From assembly GCA_023645945.1 (NCBI GenBank), contig JALAIB010000013.1, forward strand, positions 1 to 50,939: a DNA stretch of 50,939 nucleotides. Direction: 5' to 3'. Below the pieces are notes generated by a model that ran no database searches, was not told the DNA's origin, and worked only from the letters and a program-made list of their open reading frames with translations. A program made the translations under genes and the position numbers. The DNA is from Diploschistes diacapsis. Lineage: Eukaryota. Below, one piece after another: positions 21,886 to 35,055 of this stretch (position 1 is the stretch's first letter; each line of letters begins with the position of its first letter).

Positions 21886-24800
21886 TCAAAACCGATTCCC
21901 TCTACCCTCCTGTACTTCCCCATCAATTCCCATTTCCGCAAAATCTCGCTCCAAGCCCATCAACCCACGCGCAAAATCCTTTGTATCAGGCTGCAGAAAC
22001 ACCGTGCCATTCCTTCCATTACCATCCGCCTCAGTACCGGGCTTCCTGCGGTTCCTCGGCGCGATACTTTTGCCATATGGCTGGTCGACCTGCTCGATCG
22101 TTTCAAAGGCCAGCTCCTCCCCGTTCTCGTCCCTAACCTTCACGGTGGGATCATATTTGGGCGCGCGACCCATTTCGTATTGCTTGACCCACACTGTCTC
22201 CAGGCCTGCTGCAATAAGAGCAGCCGAGTCGTGGCCGACGCGCTCGGCAATCATGTGGAGGCGATCGATGGTCCAGATGCGTTGTAGAGGGTCCACGTAT
22301 TGTACACCAGCAACGAAGAGAGGCAGCATCGTCTCTGCCAAAGGGCCGCCGAAGACTGGATTTAGAGGTTGGTCTTTGCCTGGGGTTTGCATGCCGAAGA
22401 CGATGCGGCCAATGCTGTTGGCCCACTGGGCGGTTTGTGAGGCGGCGACGCCCGAAGCCACCATCGAGGGTGGGGGCATGGAAGGATGTGTACGTGCCGA
22501 GACAATGCGCGCCATGTAGAAGATAAGCCAGCAGAGGGCGACCTGGTCTGTACGGTATTGGAGCGCGAGGCCAAAGGGCGTGGGAATGACCGGGCCGGCG
22601 TCGACTGACAACGGTGCGAAGGAAGGCCCCAGTGAACTCTCATAGATAGTAAGAGCCTTTTGGATACTTTTCCACTCATCATCTGCTTCGGCTGTCGCAG
22701 TCGCGAGCTCAAAGTCATTGTCCGGCGAGGGCGGGACGTAGATGTTCTCTCGGGGAGCCGAAGCAAAGGCATTCGGAAGGTCGTAAGTCGTTCCTGTGTC
22801 AGGTACCATGCCATAGAAAGAAGGTTGAGCTGGAGAAGCTGAAGGCCCACCTGCCGTTTGAGGCCCTTGCGCTGTTTGAGCAGCAGTCGTCGACGATGCC
22901 GCCTGACCGCCGAAGGGAGGCACAGGCGGAGGCCCGTGTGGTGTCGGAGGGGATCCACCGGGAGGACCTTGGGCTGGGGGGCCTGGGAACATTCCTGGGG
23001 GAGGCCTCCAAGCACCACCATTCATCTTCACTGCCTTTAGCTTGCGGACCACATCTTTTCCTGCAAAGTCCCCGATGCGACCCATCAGCAGGTTCACGTG
23101 ATCCAAGCTGCCGTAAACTGCATCAATTCTACCGATTGGTCCTCTGGGCGGACAGGATGTCCATCGCTCATAAGGAAGCCTACGCGGGTTAGAAAAGCCG
23201 GGGGGTTCCTCGGTTACGGCGCCACAAGACTTACATAAGGCGTCGGCCTCTTACCAAACTCTGTATCATGTCCAGTTTTGTAAAGAACCAGAATAGATCA
23301 CGATACGTCTGGAAGTTATCCATTTCTTTTTCACTGGGCGGACTATTGGACGCAACTTTGGATTCATCTACCACACTACCATGACTTTCGTATTTAACCT
23401 TGACCCCGGTCATCTGACTCACAATGCTTTCGTCGATACTATTGGGCTCAGGTACCCAAGGCAGATCATCGCCATACGACTGGAAGTGCGCATTGACGAA
23501 AGGTCGCGACCAGTCGACAATAGGGTTCGAAGCCAGTCGAGCCTTCTCACCAATTATACGTTTAGTCATTCCCTTGAAGTCCACCTCGATCAGAAGCTGT
23601 CGAGCCCCGGCCAGATGGCAGTTCCATTTAGCATGCTCGCCCGAAATTACCTCGAAATGACCCAAGAGTAGAGTGGCGGCGAGCGTAGATATGGCCGCTC
23701 GTTTCGAAGGAATCGACACACACCTGTGTACGCGTCGAAGTGCGAATTGGTAATGCTTGATTGGGATAGTGAGGGGTGTGCTCTGGAGACGGGAGATTTG
23801 TAATGCCGCAACAGCGAGCATGGATTCCAATAAAGCTGGGTTCGACAGCGCTAAGGTTGGTATCGTGTAAGTCCAGAGTGCTTGATGTGACTTGGGCACG
23901 GGGGTACCCGAGAAGAACAATGCAGGATTCACCGGATGTCTTCCGAAAGACGATATCAGTGGGCCGGTGGCGGTCACAAAATGGCAGAAGATCTTTGCCG
24001 TTGCTGGATCCATCAAGGGTGAAATTGAGAATCTTGGTACGTAGTGGGCCAGATCATTGGAACCGTCAAGGAAGGAGTGGTACCATCTTAGGTCCCGGTC
24101 CGCATGGCTGGTTGCTAAAGCCAGAATATTCGCAACGTCTCTTGGCGGAGGGTACGAAGCAACATCTTCATCCGGAGGAGCCTCTTCCTCGTCTGACATG
24201 ACATCATAGTCATCATCGTCATTATCATCATATTGTTCTCCCACGGGGCCTGAAGCTGGCTCGTGCAATATAGCTGGCCCAGCAGATGGAAGTGCTTGGT
24301 TAAACTGGGGACGGCTTGGAGTCGCTTGCCATTGGTTTGGGTCTTCGGAGGCCGATTCTGGGGAACTAAAGGTTAGCCAAAACAGCACGCGTCAATCCCG
24401 AAGCCCGTATAGTCAGACACGAATGGTTTATAAAATGGCATACCCAACGCCGCGCTGGTAATGTGGTGGTTTCTAGTGTACATGGAGAGGCTGTCGTAGA
24501 CACTAGCGGTCGAGCCAAGAGAGAAAGGAGCCATAGCAGGAAGAGAGCCAGTGGGAGCGCTATCCGGCGTGGGATAGTGGTGATGTTCCGGAGAGAAGAG
24601 CGTGGAGTCTTGCACCCAGCCAGGCGAGGGCTGCTCCATATGTGATTGCGCAATTACCACATGAGGCTGGTGAGGTGCCGTGACTGGTGTCATTGGGGAA
24701 GACATGCTTGGTTGATGCTGCCATGGCGTTGCCACGCCAGGATGTCCCATGGAAGTGACAGCCCGTGCCGCAGCACTCGTAACCGCCGGGAGAGAAGCTT

Positions 24801-25376
24801 CGCTGTGGGTAGGCGACTGCTGTACGCCTGCAGCAGGAGCGAACTGATGATATCTTTGTTGCACATCCGGCCGGATGACATAGTAAGCGCCCGATGTACC
24901 AGCTTGACTTGTTGGCCAATTCGGTGGAGGTTGGCTTGGTCCCGTATAGAAGTCTGCCTGCCCGGATAGTCGAGGGACAATGGGAGGATATCGGGAGTAG
25001 GTAGCCGAGCCTGGAGGAGGGTTGAGATATTGTTCAGCATGCCTGGAGAACGGCCATTCCTGTGGGCAGTTGTGCGGTTTAATGATTATAGGACGAGCGT
25101 AGCCATCGCAGCCACGCCTCGATTTAATGCAGTTGGCACAGACCGGGCGTTCCTCCCCACACTTGATTCTTCGCCTGCGGCAAGCTATGACTTGTCAACG
25201 GTGATGCGGTGTGCAGGATCAGCAGGTAACATACTCAAACAGCCCGTCTTGGTACGCCTACGGGCCTTCTGGTTGGCCTGTCCTTTTGCGGCGTTGGCAC
25301 CAGATGCTTGAGGCTTCTCCGAATCGCTCTTCGCGGCTGGGCTCGAGGCCTCACTCTTGTCGTGTCCTTCACACAT
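21886..25376 (-). CDS. Zn(II)2Cys6 transcription factor with C-terminal fungal-specific TF domain (PF11951-like), ~1099 aa
   Basis: Exons 25235-25376, 24444-25184, 23235-24357, 21886-23179 (3300 nt, frame-consistent). Spliced zinc cluster [37 protein letters not shown]; later IFCHFVTATGP, LWTYTIPTLAL, LAATLLLGHFEV, HLAGARQLL, YERWTSCPPRGPIG. Confidence 0.92.
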
Positions 25377-26134
25377 GATGTATAGTGTGTAGCTGATGGT
25401 CTATTCCTTCGAGGCTGATGCGGTGTGGCACGCAGCCAATAATATTAAAGCGAACGAAGGACTGGAATGAACGTGTATAGTCTGATTAAAAGAGTGTGGT
25501 GAAGGAAGCTCGGGAAGGCTCAATGAAATATGGAGAGGGGGAGGGATTAAGATTATTATTATATCTCATGGACATGAACAGTAGGTCTTATAGCGTGGAT
25601 CGACAAGAGCGGGGTGGGCATAACAAGCCTTACATAGACATTCATAGAGAGAGACACTGACTGGGGTAGCGGCTCCAGAAGAATCACGACGAGCGGTACG
25701 ATGCCTCGGGTTCGAGTGCGGAAGATAGAGGTAGGCTGGCTGGGAAAGACCCGAGCTTCGAGTCGTCAGTAATTGCAGACAAGCAGGCAAGGGGTAGAGA
25801 GACAGTTGGGCTGCAGTAGCTTGGATGAGTGCCAGGTGGTAACTGGTAAGTAGAGTTATAGGTAGAATAGTAGATAGAAAGGCAAGGATAGATAACCTTT
25901 TGGTGAGCTAGCCCAAGCCAGCCTAGTCTGGGTTCTTGGTACGAGAAGGGGTAAGTTTACCAGTAGTGCTGGTCGGAATAGGCACCTTAAGTTTACTAAC
26001 GTACTCCTTCCAGTACTAGGATTTACAGCATGGACCAGAGGGCGCGTGGTGCTCTGTGTTTGTCGCAGGCTGGTAGTGTGGGTTGCATCGAAGCTATCTT
26101 TAGACTGTAGTTGAAATTAAAGGGATGTCTGCAG

Positions 26135-26194
26135 TAACTATGTACCATCTGCTAACTATGTACCATCTGCTCTACTATCTGCTTTATTATCTAC
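26135..26194. repeat. Short tandem repeat: 18-bp unit x2 plus two degenerate 12-bp units
   Basis: taactatgtaccatctgc repeated exactly at 26135-26152 and 26153-26170, followed by tctactatctgc and tttattatctac. Confidence 0.8.
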
Positions 26195-29100
26195 TAGGTC
26201 TTGGCATCGCTCTTGGCAACTGCCTGTTGCTGCCTTTTGCCTTGAATTTGCCTAAAAGAGTTCTTGCGGACTGTGCCATCTGCCTTGTCAAGAGTCAACT
26301 CACCACCTAACTGGCCCGAAAGTGACTACCCAACAGTTCCTACACACTACTGAGCACCACAAGCGGAGGCCTGGATGCAGCCGCGAGGAAAAGCTTGGCC
26401 GTGGTGGAGCCCGCCTACGAGGTACAGTACACAGTAGTAACACGGATAGGGGGGTCATCACCCTTTAGCTACGGTCACAGGTACTCGTTTGGGCTTTTGT
26501 CTCGGGCATCACTTGAGGGACTGGCCCGTGGCTTGTGCCTCGACAAAAATGCCCCTGAGATGTGTCGAGGATGTCAGTCGCTTATGCACAAACCACGCCA
26601 CTCAGGCTCTTTCATACTATTTCTATGTTTATGAAGCTATTCTGTGAACTCGGCATCTTCCCTTCGCCGTTTTGGGGATGCCCAGACGTTGAGCAACCCA
26701 CGCACGGTCAATTTCAAGATCGTGTAGTGTCCTAAAGGGGATGGGCAAACAAGGTTTAAGGTTCTTCGTTCACCTTGCTAGCGTCTCCCCCGGTCTGCCA
26801 TTCGCTTGCGGCCGCTCTCGATTGGCTCTATACCTGTTTAACAAGAGATCTATCTCCATCTAAAATTGTTGCGAAAAAACACGTTTTCTTCTCCAGCCGT
26901 CCCTCCCTGACCCTAGATCCAATTCACTACACGACCTTACTGTTGCACGCAGGCATACAGAGTTCTTAAGGTTTGAACCTATGCTGTCATTCACGTGGTG
27001 GTACTCCTGGACGCTGTAGCGGCTGAAGCTCCAATATCACACTAGACTGGGCCTCCTCGAATATGCCCTAGCTTGAGACTCCATAGGTCTGCCCACCAAG
27101 ATATTGGAAAACGTGGACATCTTCCAAGCTCACTTACGGTTAGCTTTGGTCGATAAGCCCAGAGCCCCCCCCCCTTCGACAACCTGGGATTTCATACATA
27201 AAAGCTAGGGCAATTGCACCGTGATGCGCTTTACGACCACGCATGAAAGATGCCATTTGACGCCCCAAAGCTGGTTCCCGCCAGACCAGTTAACGGTTTG
27301 CATTGAAGAATGTGTGGAGGTCCATCGCAAGGTCATGCAATGCATAACGCAAGGTGGCTAACAACGACCTCGTGTAGCATGCAGCGCAGTCAATGCTTCA
27401 CTTTTCCCCAACGAGGCAGCTAAAGTCTCTATGCAGTATGCAGACCGCTGTACCTCCTGCCACAAATTCTCTTGGTTTTGGTTCATCCAGATGAAAACCA
27501 ATACAATCCGATTATGGCCGTTGCTGTCTAGTTGTTTCAGCTATTTGTCGCTTGGAATTGCGCACTTTATTAAGATAACCTTGCCCGCACGAGCCAATTG
27601 AAACATGGTTCTTGTTCGCTTGTTTCTGTAACCCCATTCTCGCTACCGCTGGCCAATCATCTGTCTTCTCTTGCATGTACACGGTTACACCCCAACGACC
27701 TCTGCAAGACTATTTGCACTGTGCAAACCTAAACCTCATGGCAGGCATGTACTTTGTCCCATGTGCGTTTATCACGTTGCAGCAACCGTGCCAACAACGT
27801 GCCAACATGAAACAACCTGATGTTGTCTATCGATTCTATCTTTAGAAAAAGGGGAAACTTTGAATAGCTAGGCAGAGCGCGGGATGATTTTGGAGCGGAG
27901 AAGCCACGTGAGTGCGCGGAACGCGTCACTATAACGCGATCATCTTGGTATAGCACGCGTGAGATTGTCCAAGAGATTTCGATATGGTGGGTGCAAGATG
28001 GCTACTCGGACATGGAGGTCGACTGAATAGAATCGAAAGGATGCACCAAGCTGGGGCAGGTCCGTAGTCATCAAACGCTGAGGTCAGAGTCGCAAGACAT
28101 TTATTTGTTTTTGTTATGGATGATGATCCGATAAGGTCTGCAGCGACCTTCAATTCTCTATCCATCAATATAGTTTCAACGAGTTCAGCCCCGGACCTGC
28201 AGAAGCTTTTACCCTTTGGCGTAAGGTTAAGCGAATCTGCAGCAGCTAGCGTCATTTTTGGAGGTTCCGCACAACAACACACGCTAGAATTTCTGCCATT
28301 GTGGCTTTCTCCGCTCTCCACTCTCCACTCAACTTCAACTCCACGCCAAAATGAGACGTCTCCAATGGCCTTGAGGCTCTCTGTTAGTGCTAGCCCGGAG
28401 CTTGTCTTCAGACTGAGTCACTGAGACCCTTTATCGATCCTTTCACTCGAACCTGCAAATTCCGGCTACTGGGCTGGCCAGCGTTGATTCCGCAGGCAAC
28501 CCGGCCTACAACCCAGACGACGGTCGATCAATGTCTACTATTCCTTTTCCCGATTTCTCCTTAACCAATACCGCTAATCTATCTCAACCTTGGGCTACGT
28601 GCCGCTCTGTCTTGGACATAGAGATATCTAGTTAGCCTCGAGGGTTGATTGTTACCCTCACTTCTATCCGCGGCGAGTGCCGCAAATTACAATCGGTGCA
28701 GGTACGACAGCGTCCTTGCAAGATTCAGGTGCTAGCCCAGCCGCTCATCGTGTACGTACGACCGCTTCTGGTGAGGACGATTCGAAACAGCATCCGTTCG
28801 AACACGATATGCTTAATCTTCTAATAGCCCTACATACACCATCATAGGAAAGGGGGTACACAATGCTGGATTGCGCAACTTGCCCGAGCATCGGTGACGC
28901 TATGTTTTAGAAATCCAAGGCGTTTCATATTGTCTCCGTGTGCTTGTCCCACGTTGCCGAGGCGTTGAGCAAAAGCAATATCAAAACAAGAATTGTGATT
29001 GTTCCTGCATTGGCGCTCACGCTTGACTCCAAGATACCACCTTGAAGCCGGCGACGCATGCGTCTGTTCTGCATTCAAGTTAGGTTGTCCATGTTCAAGA

Positions 29101-30770
29101 TGTCACAGTTACCTGCGTTGACACGAGCAGACCCTTGCCTGCGATGCCCCCTCGTCACTTGAAACACTGCCTGGATACCGCATATACGGATCTGACGACC
29201 GCGTCTCGCATCAAGGGGCAACGATGAAGGCGTCCTTTTGCTGCAGAAAACGGCGTACACCGCCTATTGAACTCAACGGCCAGAAAAAAACATCTGGATC
29301 CTACCCTTGTAGCTTGGGTCTAGAAGGCGAGGATTTTTTGGCTGCCATTTAGCGACCCAGCATATTATCTACCCAATGTGTCGTGTCACCACGTGGGCCT
29401 AGATGTGGTAGTGATCCCCATTATCTTTTCTTCCACTACTTTGGAAGGACAGAGAAAAATTGCCGGTTAACGGATGCAGCACACAATCTAGTGGTACTCT
29501 TTAGGCCCCTGCTTCGCGGAGGGGCAGGACTTCTGTCAAGCCTTCGATCCTCGCAAGGTAGTATTGATGGCAAGACATGCCCTGAGGGTATCGATGTGGC
29601 TAGCAGGCCTCTTTCAAGGCATCCTCCGGCCAAAGCCCGGTAGGGGAAAACGAACCCACAGTACTTTGCCTGCGTTTTGCAGCGTTCCGCAACTTGCTAT
29701 GTGGGTCGCTCTGTTGGTCTCGAGCGTTTTCGATCCTCATATAATTCTATCCGCACCGTCGTTGATGTGGCTTGTCTTGATCGCTTCTACCACATCTTTT
29801 GAAGCGTCGCCAAGTCGTTGCAAAGAACGCATGAAGCAATACGAGGAAATCTTCTATGATGGAGGCCTTGGCAAGTCTGCAGAATCGTAAGGGCGCCGTT
29901 CAAGTCAGCCCTCAATCGCCAGGTGAGACAAGGTCGAAGATCCTTGAGGCCCTGCGACCGTCTCCTCTGTTAATCTCCTGCTAATCAGACGCCACACAGT
30001 GCTATAGAATTCCTTCCGTCTCGTTCATTACGCAATCGCCTTGGACGCCTAGGCGAGATCCATCTACTTGAAAGCACCATCCTTAGAGCATTCTCATGGT
30101 CGTGTTGCCTCATCTGGCCAAAGCAGGTCTATACTCTACCAGATCACCCGGCCGGAAGGATCATTGGTACCTTTCAGGCAGGCGGAAGTTGGTTACCATC
30201 CTGAAAGCGATCCTCATTTCTCAACGTGACCAGACACCTTCCTAGTGAGGTGCTCCAGCAGCGCAGTCCCTTCATGTCGAGTTGTTCTATGTATTATGTC
30301 TAGAGGCTACCTCGGCCGCTGCGAGATGGAGGTTGGAGGATCTCTACGCACTTTGGAAACGCGTTCTTGGCACAATAGAGCTTGCAGTTTGAAGAATCGG
30401 TACAAATTCAGTATAGAGTTGATGATCAGTGCCAATTCAAAGCCCAAGCTCGGCAAAGCATACACCGACCATCAGTCCTATTGGACATCATCTCTGTTCA
30501 CTGCGAGGGTCGTTAACCCTCCTATGTGTTGCGGTGTTGGGCCCATTGACTTTGGAGCGCAATGCTTTCGATGACTGGATATCAGAGAACACAGAGCAAG
30601 TACAGGGCCACACCTATGTCAAGGCGCAGCACCTGGAGCAATGGAATCAATGGTCGCAGCATGCATCGATGGGGAGGCAATATGTGTAAAAAAGAATCCA
30701 ATAACGTGACAGAAGCTCATGAGTATACCTCGACATGAAGCTAAGCGGATTATAAGCCCAGGTACGTTCA

Positions 30771-30791
30771 CTTTTCGCTTTTCGCTTTTCG
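30771..30791. repeat. (CTTTTCG)3 tandem repeat
   Basis: cttttcgcttttcgcttttcg read directly. Confidence 0.8.
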
Positions 30792-32639
30792 CTTTTTCCG
30801 AGGCGCGGTGTGAGGCGGAAAGGGCTATACTACTAGTTCTAGTTCTGCTGGCCTCTTGAGCTCTGAGCTACGATGCTTGGCGCTCTTTCCACCCCGTGAC
30901 AAAGTTTTGAAAATAAAACCCAACAGCAAGTATTACTGAGACCCATAAATGACTCGAGAGATAAAGCTACTATTTGGAATTGATACACCGGCCCAGGAAA
31001 ACAATCTCCATCATGCCCGTGGCGGCTCGACACCGCTTGTAGTTGTCCACGGTCAGGATTCTGGACTCTGGAGTTACCTTGCCCGCTTGCCTGCTGGCCC
31101 ATGGCTTGTACAGAGATACTATTTTTATAGCTGTCCATACCATTCCCGTCATTACGCCAATGCAGTGACGTGGCCATGGCTGGACTGGACTGCTATGTCT
31201 GGTCCCGTCATTGTTGTCACGTCGTGTTGCGTGACTTGCGTCCCCTGTCAAAAGGCAAAATTTTTCTTGCCTCCCGGCAGTGCCGCCTCCCGTGACGGCT
31301 TACGGAAGTGTAGCATGGCCAACCATCCCGCAAAGGGATAACATTTCATCTGACTTTAATAGATTACGATCTGCTATCCTTCGCAGCATCTTGTGCTAAT
31401 CTCTGCCTTGTTAGAGATTGGAAGGCAGGAAACCGCTTCTCGGAACATCCACCGCTTGCATTCTCGAACCGGAAGTTCGCATGGCTGGCTCGGTCGGTCA
31501 GCCTGCATCAAGCCGGCTTCAAAGTCGAGTACGGAATAGATTCTTGATGCTGGAGGTAGGAGGCACAACGGGCAAGAAGGCCGCTCGCGAGGTAGGGCTT
31601 TTTTGTTGTGAGTGAGGCTGAAAGGAAAATGAGGCCATACCATGCCACGAGTTGTGCTCCTGAGAGGTTCTCTCCAGGTTGTAACGACATTGCGTGCCTT
31701 GGAGAGTCTGTTAGTTCGGCCCTTGGTGAATCGAGTAGGCGGATGGCAGACAGCGATTGGTACATGATCACTGCTACCGCTTCCAGTCTTCATAGCTGAA
31801 CGAGACTATGGTGATGCTGTCAGACTTTGGAAGCGTCAATATGCCAAGAATGGCGGTGACTACAAACTCTAGTAGGTAGGCCTCGTTGCTTCTGATACCC
31901 TACTGAAATATACAAGTCCACCTTGCCACAGGCTTTTACTACAGTCTTGCATCCATATGAAATGGACAATGCATCGTTGTTGCGAAGCATCATCATCAAG
32001 TTTGAATTGGAACACTGCACGCAAGCCAAAGCCAACTGGGAAGCCTCCAGGTAGGTGCATGCTCGTTGTTCAGACTGTGGATTCGAAGGACAGATTCCAA
32101 GATGTCTATGGCCTGCGGTTACTCTGATCCCTATGGTCTCTGGATATTACCAGAACTCTCGACCCAGCTGCGTGTTTGGTCTAGTTGGACTCGAGCTCCT
32201 CGCTCTCCCTGGCGTATGCAAACTCTAATGAAGTCACTTTCTCCATACGTGAACCGGTGCTGTTGTTACTCGATACCGCTGCCCCGGACACTGCTTGCTT
32301 CTCAGGCCTCGATGGGTTTTGGTTGCAATGCCAGATGGGCAAGCAGTGCTAGCCTGGCGAAGCCTAAGGGCAAGACAAAGCCATCGTTTCATTTTCACGA
32401 GCCCGGAACTCCTACCATGTGGCTGGGTCGTCAGATTACGGAAAAATGTCAATTACGTTATCAGGGAAAAAGAAGCATCGCAAGCCTACACTATTGAAAA
32501 AACATTGTCAGTCGTCGAGCAAGCAGACTGTTTCCTGCCGAGATCCTGTCTGCGGTTGCACCATTGCTCCTTCATCCCGTATAGCATTATATCATTGAGA
32601 GCAACTAAGGACTTCTCGGCCCATCACAGCCTCGAAGTT

Positions 32640-35055
32640 TTGTAGAAAAATGATCCCCTATGTTCACGAACAGAGACCATCACTATACTTCCATCGAAAA
32701 GTACCCATCATTCTTTTGATCCTCCATCTTTGATGCAATACCAGGATTATTGAGCAAGCTTAAGATGTAGTCGATATGAACCGCCTCAAGATGAAAATTG
32801 TACGAAATGTTGACGGAGTATCCTTGGAGTAACCTTCTCTAGGCCCATTACGAGACTCTGTCCTCCTTGTCAGCAGAAACTGGTTACTGGTCTGCTGTGA
32901 GTCTTCTAGTATTGGTTACATTCTCCGGTTACGTTAAGTAGCTCCATTCCTTCTCTAATTGCTTTGAGCTGTAATCAATGTACGAAAGCCTCTAATAATA
33001 TCTAATCTAGGAAGGCTCGGTGGTATAGCCGCGTACTGTAGGTCTACCTCCCTACAAGACGAGTTTATTGGGCCTAACTTCCCTTCCCTAACCAGTATCT
33101 CGCAACTTCCTCTTACTCCTACATACTTCTTCCAGACCATGAGATTTCATTCCATTCACAATTCAATCAGTCACTGTTCACAGAATCCTGTCATCCTTAT
33201 GGTAGCTTGGGAAGAGTTTGTTAGCGGCCAGCACCTTCCGATAAGTCGCCGTAATGATCTCCGCCACCGTCTTTCTGCTAGTTTAAAGGGGTTTCTAATT
33301 CAAAAGGGATCTGGGTGTTGTTCTTCACTTTCCTCCCCAATATCGACCCTGTCGTTCCCGTTTATTTCTGCCTGCCGGAGAGACAAGACTCCATGCGAAA
33401 TCTTGCCCCATCGTTCTAGCTACCTCGATTCCGCTTTAGCTGCGCTATGTAGCCCTATAGAAAAAAGTGCTTTGCAGACTCCATGATCAAAACTTGAATT
33501 ACTTGTCGAAGGGAAAAGGTAGAGTTTTCGTTTCTACTCGTTTGCTTTCCTATATTCCACTATAGTACATAATCCTGTTCCACCCTAGGTTGGATTGGCC
33601 CTCCACGTTCACGCAGGTGCCAATGGTAGAAGGCAAAAATTCTTACCATACGATTGAAGATAGCGCGTGAGACGTTTGTAGATACATGCAGCACCATCTG
33701 TTTTGGACCCTGAGATTCAGTCAAACATATTACTAATAAAAATTGCTTCCGTCCTTCTCCCAAATCTCACTGTGTTTTAAGATTGAGGCCAGAAGGATTT
33801 GCCCCAGCAGCTGAAGTATTTGATGATTTTTTTTCTCGTCGTAATCAGGAGCGTTTCACTTGCAGAATACGATTGAAGAATTTGTAGCTTCCTAGTTTCC
33901 TTTAGCCACCCTGGCTGACACGTATCCCCGGCCATCCCCGCGCGCAAATGCTCTTTGGGAGAGAGATGGAATTCGGATTTACCCGAGTTGCGCCGAAGCC
34001 GAATATGGAGGTAACCCATTGTTCTGTGGACGGGGCTCTTAGTTGGAGCCTGCGGTTTGGTTTCCCCTAGCGACTGGCTTGTTAAAACCCTTACGACTTG
34101 TGCGTCTGGGCATGTCGGTTCCAAGCCTCGAAGTCTTCTTCTTTCCCCAAGAGAAAAATAACTCGGTTGCTCGTTCCTAGCCCCGATGCCTTGCCATTAT
34201 GCGATACCACGAGATAATTCATTCCATGTTATATGTTGATTTAGACTCTTCCACGACCCAGGTATCAGCGATTCCTCCAAGGTTATGCTTCGATGCCGGC
34301 AGCAGCGAAGTATCATGCTATACCTGCAACTCATTGCGGACTGGAAAACAGACGTCAGACTTTCGATACAAAGTATCGGCCAACTGTAGACACGTTGGTA
34401 TTGCCTATCTGTCTTTCCTTAATTTGGGCTGCGGGAGCAGCTACACTCCCTACACGTTTCTGCCAGTGCCCGTGTCAGAGAAGGGTAGTGAGTGTTGCTC
34501 CTGTCCCAAACACTTTGGAATATCTTTCTCAAGCTATCATTGTTCCAAATTTCCTGGCAGTTTTGGTTGGCCATCTGTGTACTCGCTAATAGATAGGCTG
34601 GAAGCCAAAATCCGAATCAGTGTTATCCTGACCGTAATTCTCGCCTTCCGCTGCCTATCTATAGTCCTTTGCTAGTGACTCATGGCAGCGGGCGTCTGAT
34701 TGAGGGTGTGCTTTTTCCATCCCATCCCGACTTCGATCCTTCGTAGATTCGAAGCACGCGAGAAATAAAATCCCTCCGTCGGCCCTGTAACTGCACGTTC
34801 TCGAGAACCACCTGTGTGTTCTTGGCCTGAGTTGGCTTACCGAACCTATGCCTTGCACTTGGTCGGGGGTCGGAATTCTTCCTCGGTGGCACAAAAATCA
34901 TAGGCAAAATCTTGTATCGAGAAGTGAGTGTAGATTGCTAGCCAGTCTGAACGAAAAATCTTATTTGTGTAAGCCCATGTCAAGCGACATCGTCGTAGTC
35001 GCTGACGCCATGGCAGCGACCTCGTGTGCCAGCTGTTGGTAACAGCAGCCAGCAA
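32640..35055 (-). pseudogene. Unknown protein family, decayed copy C
   Basis: 33890->33550 translates, with several frameshifts, as GSYKFFNRILQV/NAPDYDE...IFISNMFD*ISGSKTDG..IYK..SSIVW*E/FAFYHWHLRERG/GQSNLGWNRIMYYSGI*. YRKSDVCFPVRNELQV*HD near 34340 matches copy A YGQDDVC/VRNPIYIAHDD near 13120. Outer boundaries inferred. Confidence 0.7.

Noticed and set aside
25705..25725. GGTTCGAGT as a tRNA T-loop
   Set aside because: No cloverleaf stems or A-box; no tRNA or rRNA recognised anywhere in the window.
26135..26194. CRISPR-like repeat
   Set aside because: Eukaryotic DNA, adjacent units without spacers; a simple slippage duplication.
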